DNA of 55,271 nt from Thermoanaerobaculales bacterium (lineage in GTDB: Bacteria; Acidobacteriota; Thermoanaerobaculia; Thermoanaerobaculales; Sulfomarinibacteraceae). Positions 40,353 to 48,409 of this stretch are shown here, piece by piece. The notes under the pieces are model-generated. The model was not told where the DNA came from, ran no database searches, and worked only from the letters and a program-made list of their open reading frames with translations. The position numbers and the translations under genes are program-made. Numbering within the stretch: position 1 is the first letter of the stretch; the number at the start of each line of letters is the position of its first letter. The stretch covers positions 1 through 55,271 of the forward strand of contig JANTFG010000001.1 in assembly GCA_024763555.1 (NCBI GenBank), in the 5' to 3' direction.

Positions 40353-43300
40353 AACGGCTTTGGAGAGAGACTATGAATCGACGCTTCGGTTTTGCTATTG
40401 CGGGGACACTCGTATTCTTGTTCCTGATCATTCCCGGAATTGGTATCGCAGATGACATCGGCGCTTGCGTAGAGCACTTTCCGTTGTTGCAGAGGTCCCT
40501 GACCTCAAAGGGACAGGGTCTGAACATTGACTCCGAAGACTTGCTTCGAGAGCTCAAGATCGAGCGGGCCCTGTGGCTCGATGAAGTCGAACACCAGCGA
40601 AAGGTCCTCAATGCAGCCGGAGCCCCGCAGGATCGTCTTCTCGCTGCCGACAGTGTCATGAGGCGTCGTTTTGGCGAGATTGCGGCACTGATCCACGATG
40701 GATCACCCCTTTCGGTTGAGGCTCAAGAAGCCCTTCAATCATGTGGCGAAGCCCGGCGATCCTTTCCTTCGGGTCCCCTTTCGACGGCTTCGGTTCTGCC
40801 TGAGTTTCGACACAGGACGCCGGCTCTGCCCGACCCCTTATTTCCCGAGGCTTATCGGGATACGCCCTCGGAGTCGATGCGGGAGGCGGTTAAGAAAACC
40901 CGATCTCATGAGAAGTCCGGATTCGAACCCGAAGGTCCCGATCTGATTGCGGCCAAGGCATCCGAGTTGGGCGACGACCCGATGGCATTGTATGCCTTTG
41001 TGTTGAATGAGATCAGGCCCACCCTTTCGGTCGGGGCCATGAGGGATGAGGTTTCTGTTCTTCGAACCGGCGAGGGCAACGATGCCGAACAGGCCGGGCT
41101 CTTAGCGGCGCTTTTTCGCGAAACCGGATATCCGGCCCGGTTGGCCTGGGGCATTCAGGAAATCGGTGTCGAAAAGCTACTGGACCACTTTGGCGCCGGA
41201 GATTTCCGTGCGCTCGAAAGAACCCTTACAGCGGCCGGTATTGCGTGGGAACCCGTACTTGTCGGCGGTTCTCCCGCCGCCTACCGGCTGGAGCGGGTCT
41301 GGTGTGAAGTTTGGCTTCCCTTTGGAAATTTCAGAGGTGTGGTTCTCGATGCGACAGGCGCTACGTGGGTGACCCTGGATCCGTATCTGAAGAACTTCGA
41401 GGAGCAAGAAACCCCTGCGGTTTTGGACAACATGAACTTCGACGAGGGACCCTGGATCGATGCCTATCTGGCCGGCGCCGATTGCACGGCCCCTCTTTCC
41501 GAGGCCGGCGCTTGCCCGGCCCCCAGGGATTTGCTCATTGACGAGGTTGCTGCCTTTTTGGAGGGTTCTGTAACCACAGTTGAAGAGGCGGTGACGCCGC
41601 CACCAATTCGAAGCCACTCCGAGCCGATCTTGCCGACGGCAATGGGCGGCAAGATCGTCGCCGTCTCCGGCGTTGATGTTGAACTTCCCGAGGCATTGCG
41701 GCACCGAATCCGTATGGTGGCCAAAGACGGTGTGCTGACACTTTTTGACGGCGAGTTTTCGGCAAGTGACCTCGTTGGCAAGGAGGCCGTCATCTGGTTC
41801 GTTCCAGCGACCTTTGACGACGAAGCAATCCTGGCAGCCTACGGTGGCGAACTGTGGCGTGTGCCGCCCTATCTGATCAACCTCACCCCTGAGTTGCGCA
41901 TCGACGGCGAGGCAGTGCAGCGTGGCGTGGAAGGCATCGGGATGGGCCGTGCTTTCGAGTGGGAATTCGTGTTGAGTGCTCCTGGTGGGAATTCAACCGG
42001 CTTCGTCAACACCGCGTTGGCCGGGGTTCCGACCGGATTTGGTCTGGCGCCCGGCTTCTCGGGCTACGAGCCGGTCTTCGGCGAGCCGAGTAATACGCTC
42101 GAAGTTCTGGCATCCCTTGCCGGGTCATGGCTTGATGGTGTTGGCACATTCGAAAAGGAGATGGCCGCATTGGCCGGCGGGGCTGTCATACACCCCTTCC
42201 CCAACATGGTATCGGTCGCCAGTGTGATGCGGGTCGAGAGTTCCCTCGGCCTGATTGAAGGGCTGGAATGGTTGGGCGTCTCGGTTGATGCCGACGTGCA
42301 TGCCTCCCGTCTTGTCGGGGAGGCTGAGGCGCAGCGTCAGTGGTTGGAAATGGTCGAACTTGATGCTTCTGCCAGGGAACGCCTGTTGTTTGAGACGGGG
42401 TACGCAACTCCCTCGATCAGTGCCGACAAGGCTCTGATGCTCGGGGCGACGACTGGTGTGACTATTCATCACATCGATACGGCTAATCTTGGGGCTATCT
42501 TGCCGACCTTGCCGTTTGACGCCGACGTTCTTGATGAGATCGAAGGCTGGGTGCTCGCCGGGGGCGAAGCATGGGTGCCTGCTGAAGAAATCCAGACGCT
42601 GGAATGGACCGGAGTGGGTTATCGATTGTGGGACCCCGATACCGGCGAAAATCGTTACCAGTTGGCGGGCCGTCTTTCAGGCGGCATGACCGCGGCGCCG
42701 CCGTTCGAGGTGGTCGAAGGCCTGAGGGATCCTCTGCAATATCCCTCACCCGAGTACGTCAACTCGGACCCGACGGCTGCGGTCTATATTGAGATCTTCG
42801 ACGGCAACCTCCAGATCGGTACGGCCGGCGACGAACTGTCACTGCAAAATAACGCCATCCCACTGAGGGCCCGGGTCTTCGACGTCAGCGGGCGACCGGT
42901 CAAGGATGCGCCGGTTGAGTTTCAGGTTCTGGGGGGTGGAGGCGGCTTCGGCGGGCCGGGAATCGGCACGATCTCGGCGACCAGCAATGCCGTTGGTATT
43001 GCCGAGACCGTTCTGACCCTTGGGGAGCACACCTCAGACAATCCCTACTATCTATTGTTTCCCGATGATGAACATTCGACCCGATGCGGCTTGACGGTCG
43101 TGACGGCAAGCGTCAACGGGTTTGGAATGCCTGACGTCTTCTGGGAGATGGCGGAACCCGGAGACCTCGATCAGCTGCTGACCCCCCGGGGGACCTCGGT
43201 CGAGGCACTTCCACACTTGAGTGCCGGCAGCCTCGTAGCCGTGCCCGCCGATCAATACGAGAACCCGATCTCCAATGTGGAGGTCACCTACGTGCTCAAC

Positions 43301-46300
43301 GGGAGCACCTCGTCCGAGCCCGATGAAGGGCCCGAACTGCTCAGTCGCGATGAAAAGGAGCAGTGCCGTCCCGGGCTGGTCATGGCCGGAGAATGTCCCG
43401 GGGGCAGTGGATCGAAGACCGATACTGGCGGTGTGACCGGAACGTGGGTCTATTTGATCATCGGTGACGAAGACATTACCGTAACGGCGACAGGAACTGA
43501 TGATTCGGGATCGGCCGATGTGACGTTCTCCGGGCATTCCAGGACCCAGAGCGTTCCTGGCGATTGGGCCGTTGGATGGCCGGTCATTCTGGTCAGCAAA
43601 AGGGGACAACCGGTCAATCAGGACGGTGAGATCCTTGAGGCCTATCCGCCGGGAGAACAGTCTCTGGCGCTCCAGGTCTCGTTGTTCATCGTGCGTGAGG
43701 ATTTCTCTGTCCATGAGTGTGACAACGACAACAGGTATTGCACCGTTCCTCTTGGGACCTATCGGACGAAACGCCTTGGGCAAGACGAAGCTTCCGGCTG
43801 TCAGCCTGAGAGTTGCGGGGGGGGAACGCTGAATGAACGGGGACAGGTTCATTTTTCGGGCGCCGGGGCCGACGCGACGATCAGCACCCAGGACGCTGAC
43901 GGCAACTACACCCATCAGGTCACCATGCCAACTTCTCCTGGGCGTTATGAAATCACAGCCTCCCCGACAGTCTGGATCGCCGTTCCGAAGATTCCTGACG
44001 ACCCGGACTACGTGAATGAAGTCGTACCGTGTCCCTCAGGAGATGATCCGTGTGGCGCCAGGATGGAGCTTGACGAAGTCTCCGACGCGAACTGGGAGAC
44101 CAATTTTGTGCTCTGGTCCGTTCAGGCCCAGGTGACCGAACCGCCCCCAATCGTCAAGTTGGGTCACAAGAACCGGCACGAAGAGGTTACCGAGTTTCCT
44201 TTCACCATTGAGCCCTCAAACTATCCGGCAATGAATACAGTCGTGTACTTTTTGGAAGACGGCCAGATTCGTCTGACAGCCTTGGCCGAGGGTCAACAGG
44301 CGGCAGATCCCAAAGCGCTCGTCCCACCAGGTGAGATCTTCGCTCACCCGGAAGGTGACCACAAGGTAGGAATCTACCTCAACTATGGCTGGGTCTGGCA
44401 GCCCTATCCCGGTGAGCCGGTGTCCATGGTGATGGAGGGTGAGCAGGTTGATTTCAGGGTTGTGATGAGTGACCTTGACGTTGACTCGAACAACAACGAC
44501 GGGATTGGTGAACTTGAGCGGGACGACCTGGAAGATTCCCTGGAAGCAGGCGGTGGAGATTCTCGCGCTGCGGAAGTTGATGCCCAGGTGCCTCGGGGCA
44601 AGATCGTCTTCGTCAATCACAATGACGATGATAATGATGGCGTACCGGACTTTGCTGATCTTGAGATGAATGGGGGACACCAGGAGCGGAGCATGGTTCC
44701 AATCGTTATTGAAGTACGACCAGAGGGTGGCGACTATGAGGACGTATGGATCACCTTCCATTACGATGGCCAGACCGAGGGTCAGATCGATGCTCTCGAG
44801 GCGGCCTATAACGTGAATTTCCCGGACCCAGAAATGAAAATTGGTGGTCTGAAAAAGCTGCAAGACCCAGAAACCTGGGGCTACCCAGATGGAGATGGGG
44901 AGGGCTATCAATACAAGAATTTCTCCCAATACAAAACCGGCCAGTTTCGGATCTGGAACGTCGAGGATCCCTCGGATCCTCGAGGAAGCTATGAGTTGGT
45001 TGAATCGGGTGATGAATATCCGGTGACTTGGTTGGGTTTTGACAGTGATCATCAAGAGAAGACCTTCTGGGTCGAGGCGATCAACGGAATTCGTGTCGGC
45101 GATCCCTGGGAACCGGCGGAAATCCGTGTTGAAGTCTCTCTTGAATCCGGTGACGTTGCGCAGGCAGTTGAGGATACGATCGTGCTCTATCCGGTTGAGG
45201 GCAACCTCGGGGTCAATAACGGCAATAACAAAAATAACGATACTATTTTGCGTCCCGGTGTCCCGGATGAGACATTCACCATCGATGAATATGACGAAAT
45301 GGTGGAGGATCAGGGTGATGGATTCAGGTTCTGGCGATCAGAGAGAAGTTACTTTTCGGTTGAAAACATTGAAGATTTGGCGCCACTGATTCTCGAAGTC
45401 CACCAGGAGCTGCTGGATGCCGGTTTTGAGTTGGCATTGTCCCTTGATATTGATGGGGGCGGTGATGATTCGGAGAGCTTGAGGCTGGGTCGGATGCCGG
45501 AGGGAACCACTCGCCTCAGTCATCTCAGGCTGATAGGTACGGCTAATAAGTTGGTCTACGGGGACAATGAAGAATTGCCGTGGAGTGAGGTCGTCAAGAC
45601 GGGCGATCCTCCGAATCGTCTGCCGGAGCTATCCAAAGCCAAGAGCGAGCTAGTGTTCTCTGTGAAACCAGGCGATGGCGGGATTGTAAGGGCTACGATT
45701 CGAATGTTCGCTGCGCGGAAGGAGCATTGGTACCAAAGTTTCACAGATGATAGAGATTGGCAGGCTGTTGATTCGGTTCGGTTGACCATAGCGCCAATCG
45801 AGAGTTTTTTCTCAGCCTATACTGTCCGCAAGTTTGATTCTGAAAACAAAGAAGAATTCACCGAACCCGACAACGTATTCGAGTACCCCACCGAGGTCGT
45901 CGATGATGATCCCAAGACCATCTTTGGAATGCGCTTCCCTTTGGCACGCCATGTCGATGATTCATTCGGAAACGGTATCCCCAAAACCGGAACCCCCAAC
46001 CCCGATATCAAGCCTTCTCTGGTGTGGCTACACGGTTACAATGTCTCTTTTGATGCCGCCATCGACTGGGCACGGGTCGCCTACAAGAGACTCTACTGGG
46101 TGGGTTATCGCGGAAACCTCATCCTGTTCACCTGGAGGGGTAACCCACAGGGGGCAACTGGTTTCGCCCACTTCGGATTGGCAAACCAGTGGGGCCTCCA
46201 AACATCCGAAAGCCTACGGATTTTCTTGCGGGATGAGATGAATGTTCCTCCCGAGAAGATCCACGTTTTGGGTCACAGTCTGGGGAATCTGGTTGTTTAT

Positions 46301-47047
46301 GATGCGATGCGTTTGGACAGGGCAAAGGGGAACTCAGGGAAGCTCTTCCACAATTTCATTTCGACCGAGGCAGCGATCTGGGGAGAGACCTTGTGGCCCC
46401 AAGCGCCGGTCGAGTATTGTCCTGATGGCGGCGGGCTCTTCTGCAACCCGATCACTTACAGCATTCGGGAACTCCAGTGCTCGTCATGGACATTCTGGTT
46501 CAACCAACAGGGCCGTGAGGCGTGGAAAGCAGTCGATAGGATCTATCACTCCTACAGTCCTGACGACAATGTATTGACCCTCATTATGAGGGAAAGTGAT
46601 CGTTTTCTTCGACAAGCTCCGGCCCAGAACCCTCACTACTACCGACCGGAATGCTCTGATGATGACGATTTTAGAGTTCCCTGGACGCCGAGGCACGCAA
46701 ACGGAGACATCGATATGAGTTTGCACCTCAATCCCCAGCTTTGTTTTGGAGACAGTTTTCATCCGGGTTGCCCGGCGCTGCTGGATCCTGACGACAGGAG
46801 ATTTCTACCTTATACCCATCTGGCCCTCGAATTGCCGGCTGGTGCGGCATCCAATCCGATGGTTGGAACTTCTCACGGGAATTTGACGTTGAACGATGTC
46901 AATGCCCGGGACCTCGGTTGGAACGATTCATTTTCGCCGACGGGAGGCCATAGCAACCTCAAGGGGGAGACTTTCCCCGATATTTTCCACTGGTGGGAAG
47001 CACTGGTATCGGACAATGGCGCCTTGCCCAAGGGAAGGGAATTCTAG
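40349..47047 (+). CDS. Giant (2,232 aa) secreted or anchored protein with a degenerate transglutaminase-like core, Big_1-like Ig modules, acidic Ca-binding-like loops and a C-terminal alpha/beta-hydrolase
   Basis: The ATG overlaps the stop of the 5,687-aa gene (ATGA), with GGAGG 5 nt upstream. The N-terminal hydrophobic segment is FGFAIAGTLVFLFLIIPGIGIA. The domain evidence is given in the sub-features and findings. Confidence 0.9.
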   Translation: MKRLWRETMNRRFGFAIAGTLVFLFLIIPGIGIADDIGACVEHFPLLQRSLTSKGQGLNIDSEDLLRELKIERALWLDEVEHQRKVLNAAGAPQDRLLAADSVMRRRFGEIAALIHDGSPLSVEAQEALQSCGEARRSFPSGPLSTASVLPEFRHRTPALPDPLFPEAYRDTPSESMREAVKKTRSHEKSGFEPEGPDLIAAKASELGDDPMALYAFVLNEIRPTLSVGAMRDEVSVLRTGEGNDAEQAGLLAALFRETGYPARLAWGIQEIGVEKLLDHFGAGDFRALERTLTAAGIAWEPVLVGGSPAAYRLERVWCEVWLPFGNFRGVVLDATGATWVTLDPYLKNFEEQETPAVLDNMNFDEGPWIDAYLAGADCTAPLSEAGACPAPRDLLIDEVAAFLEGSVTTVEEAVTPPPIRSHSEPILPTAMGGKIVAVSGVDVELPEALRHRIRMVAKDGVLTLFDGEFSASDLVGKEAVIWFVPATFDDEAILAAYGGELWRVPPYLINLTPELRIDGEAVQRGVEGIGMGRAFEWEFVLSAPGGNSTGFVNTALAGVPTGFGLAPGFSGYEPVFGEPSNTLEVLASLAGSWLDGVGTFEKEMAALAGGAVIHPFPNMVSVASVMRVESSLGLIEGLEWLGVSVDADVHASRLVGEAEAQRQWLEMVELDASARERLLFETGYATPSISADKALMLGATTGVTIHHIDTANLGAILPTLPFDADVLDEIEGWVLAGGEAWVPAEEIQTLEWTGVGYRLWDPDTGENRYQLAGRLSGGMTAAPPFEVVEGLRDPLQYPSPEYVNSDPTAAVYIEIFDGNLQIGTAGDELSLQNNAIPLRARVFDVSGRPVKDAPVEFQVLGGGGGFGGPGIGTISATSNAVGIAETVLTLGEHTSDNPYYLLFPDDEHSTRCGLTVVTASVNGFGMPDVFWEMAEPGDLDQLLTPRGTSVEALPHLSAGSLVAVPADQYENPISNVEVTYVLNGSTSSEPDEGPELLSRDEKEQCRPGLVMAGECPGGSGSKTDTGGVTGTWVYLIIGDEDITVTATGTDDSGSADVTFSGHSRTQSVPGDWAVGWPVILVSKRGQPVNQDGEILEAYPPGEQSLALQVSLFIVREDFSVHECDNDNRYCTVPLGTYRTKRLGQDEASGCQPESCGGGTLNERGQVHFSGAGADATISTQDADGNYTHQVTMPTSPGRYEITASPTVWIAVPKIPDDPDYVNEVVPCPSGDDPCGARMELDEVSDANWETNFVLWSVQAQVTEPPPIVKLGHKNRHEEVTEFPFTIEPSNYPAMNTVVYFLEDGQIRLTALAEGQQAADPKALVPPGEIFAHPEGDHKVGIYLNYGWVWQPYPGEPVSMVMEGEQVDFRVVMSDLDVDSNNNDGIGELERDDLEDSLEAGGGDSRAAEVDAQVPRGKIVFVNHNDDDNDGVPDFADLEMNGGHQERSMVPIVIEVRPEGGDYEDVWITFHYDGQTEGQIDALEAAYNVNFPDPEMKIGGLKKLQDPETWGYPDGDGEGYQYKNFSQYKTGQFRIWNVEDPSDPRGSYELVESGDEYPVTWLGFDSDHQEKTFWVEAINGIRVGDPWEPAEIRVEVSLESGDVAQAVEDTIVLYPVEGNLGVNNGNNKNNDTILRPGVPDETFTIDEYDEMVEDQGDGFRFWRSERSYFSVENIEDLAPLILEVHQELLDAGFELALSLDIDGGGDDSESLRLGRMPEGTTRLSHLRLIGTANKLVYGDNEELPWSEVVKTGDPPNRLPELSKAKSELVFSVKPGDGGIVRATIRMFAARKEHWYQSFTDDRDWQAVDSVRLTIAPIESFFSAYTVRKFDSENKEEFTEPDNVFEYPTEVVDDDPKTIFGMRFPLARHVDDSFGNGIPKTGTPNPDIKPSLVWLHGYNVSFDAAIDWARVAYKRLYWVGYRGNLILFTWRGNPQGATGFAHFGLANQWGLQTSESLRIFLRDEMNVPPEKIHVLGHSLGNLVVYDAMRLDRAKGNSGKLFHNFISTEAAIWGETLWPQAPVEYCPDGGGLFCNPITYSIRELQCSSWTFWFNQQGREAWKAVDRIYHSYSPDDNVLTLIMRESDRFLRQAPAQNPHYYRPECSDDDDFRVPWTPRHANGDIDMSLHLNPQLCFGDSFHPGCPALLDPDDRRFLPYTHLALELPAGAASNPMVGTSHGNLTLNDVNARDLGWNDSFSPTGGHSNLKGETFPDIFHWWEALVSDNGALPKGREF
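41000..41370 (+). other. Transglutaminase-like core with the catalytic Cys and His positions substituted
   Basis: GEGNDAEQAGLLAALFRETGYPARLAWG aligns to the G-x-C-x-x-F-A-x-L-x-x-A-L-x-R-x-x-G-I-P-A-R motif with Asp245 (gat 41081-41083) at the Cys position. ERVWCEVWLP aligns to H-A-W-x-E-V with Arg316 (cgg 41294-41296) at the His position. The Asp of the triad is retained (VVLDATG, gat 41348-41350). Confidence 0.55.
46016..46560 (+). other. C-terminal alpha/beta-hydrolase (DUF900-like esterase/lipase) domain with a GxSxG nucleophile elbow
   Basis: SLVWLHGYNVSFDAAIDWARVAYKRLYWVGYRGNLILFTWRGN is followed by IHVLGHSLGNLVVYDAM. GHSLG is at 46271-46285 and the Ser1977 codon agt at 46277-46279. 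Candidate acid and base residues lie in YSPDDNVL and SPTGGHSN. Confidence 0.6.
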
Positions 47048-48046
47048 ATGTCTGGATTTCGGAGTTGTTCATTCAATACGGGAGTGGGTTGTTTTTTTGT
47101 CGGTCTGAGCCTCCTTGTTTTGACTGGCGTTTGCCCAGCGGATGGCCTTTCTTCCTTTCGAACCGTTCCCATCAGTGTCTCCGGAACGGTCATCGATGCC
47201 CAGGGCCGCCCTGTTCGGGAAGTCCAGATGACGATTCTGGAGGGGCGGCCTCAGGGCAATTCGTTTGAGATCTCCTGGAGTCGTCGACACCGAACCATTG
47301 ACGGTGGGTTCGAGGTTCGATGTGAGGATTGCGCCGACCTTCGTCTTCGGTTTCAAGCCGAGGGATTCTATCCGAAGGAAATCGGTTTCAAGCTGACCGA
47401 TGCCGAGGCCAAGAGGTTGTTAACGGGCCAAGACGGCGATGGTTTTTCCTTGGTTCGCCAGGGACTGATCGTTGAGCTTGAGCCCAGTGTCAATCCCGTG
47501 AACCTCGACTGGACTTCGGTGGTCCTTGACGTGCTGGAAGATGGGCCGATGAGGGTTCTGGCCGCAGAGAAGGGGCGGGTGAGAGGGACGATCGAACGGA
47601 CGGTTTTCTCAAAAAGGCAGAAGGCCGGCGGGGGGGGCGGAGGCCCGGCGATGGTGGCTCTCAAGGCCGCCCCAGGGCAGTTCGAAGCTCTCGTGCGAAA
47701 GACGACCGGTTATGAGGCCGAGGCGGCACCGAACGCCGTCTTTCTTGAGTTTTCCGGGGGAATGACCGGCGTTATCCCCATTGATTCTCCCGAAGGAAAC
47801 TACAAGACCGTGTATCGGAGCATGATCGAGGCGCCGGAAGAGGGTTATGTCGATCACCTGGTGATCGACCCTAATAGTGATCGGAGGCAGTATTTCTACT
47901 GCCGGATTGGAGATCTCTTCGGGAAAGGAAGCGTATCCTCTTTGAGGGCCGCTTACGGGCGTGATTCCATTCGAATCCTCGAAGTAGGCATCGAGGTCTA
48001 CCTCAATCGAGACGGCAGCAGGAACCTGGATTCACTCGAATACTGA
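47048..48046 (+). CDS. Secreted 332-aa protein with an N-terminal CarboxypepD_reg-like domain, last gene of the operon
   Basis: The ATG immediately follows the TAG of the upstream gene (47045-47050). The hydrophobic N-terminus is GVGCFFVGLSLLVLTGVCPA. ISVSGTVIDAQGRPVREVQMTILEG..FEVRCEDCADLRLRFQAEGFYPKE is beta-sandwich-like. A Gly6 tract is present. Confidence 0.75.
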   Translation: MSGFRSCSFNTGVGCFFVGLSLLVLTGVCPADGLSSFRTVPISVSGTVIDAQGRPVREVQMTILEGRPQGNSFEISWSRRHRTIDGGFEVRCEDCADLRLRFQAEGFYPKEIGFKLTDAEAKRLLTGQDGDGFSLVRQGLIVELEPSVNPVNLDWTSVVLDVLEDGPMRVLAAEKGRVRGTIERTVFSKRQKAGGGGGGPAMVALKAAPGQFEALVRKTTGYEAEAAPNAVFLEFSGGMTGVIPIDSPEGNYKTVYRSMIEAPEEGYVDHLVIDPNSDRRQYFYCRIGDLFGKGSVSSLRAAYGRDSIRILEVGIEVYLNRDGSRNLDSLEY

Positions 48047-48409
48047 GGGTCTCACTGGGTCCGGTACCAACAGTTTTTCCCGTCCTTCGTCCACCAAGGG
48101 ATCGGTTGATTGGGAAAACCAGCCGAGAATAGGGGAAAAAAACACTGAGAGACGTATTTTCGACGGCGTAGTCCCCGTGATACTCCTCCTTCTTCTCGCG
48201 CTGACGCCGGTGGCCATTGCCGGAGAGGCCCAGATCCTGTTCGACGTCGGCGCTGGGGGACGCCGAAAATCAAAGTAACGCCTCGTCCTTGTACTCTGGG
48301 CAGAATGGGAAGTTCCTTCCGTGTTCTTTCCTGTGCCCTCGCTCCTCTCCGGGTCCCTCCGACACTCTTGAGAAGAGTGCGCGAAATCAATTCTGTTTGC
48401 TCCCGGCGC

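Noticed and set aside
23289-47047. Classification of the giants as RTX adhesins, Rhs/YD toxins, autotransporters/TPS exoproteins or T9SS cargo
   Set aside because: I saw no GGxGxD nonapeptide arrays, no YD/Rhs repeats or PAAR, no C-terminal beta-barrel or TPS domain and no T9SS-type C-terminal domain. The FlgD-Ig-like modules are internal, not terminal. Absence was judged by eye only.
48047-48409. Small ORFs (48052..48390 minus, 48032..48217 minus, 48217..48585 plus) and a 7-bp hairpin (48363-48379) in the convergent gap after the operon
   Set aside because: The ORF products are Arg/Gly/Pro-rich with no SD and no motifs. The hairpin lacks a U-tract on either strand, so it is not called as a terminator.
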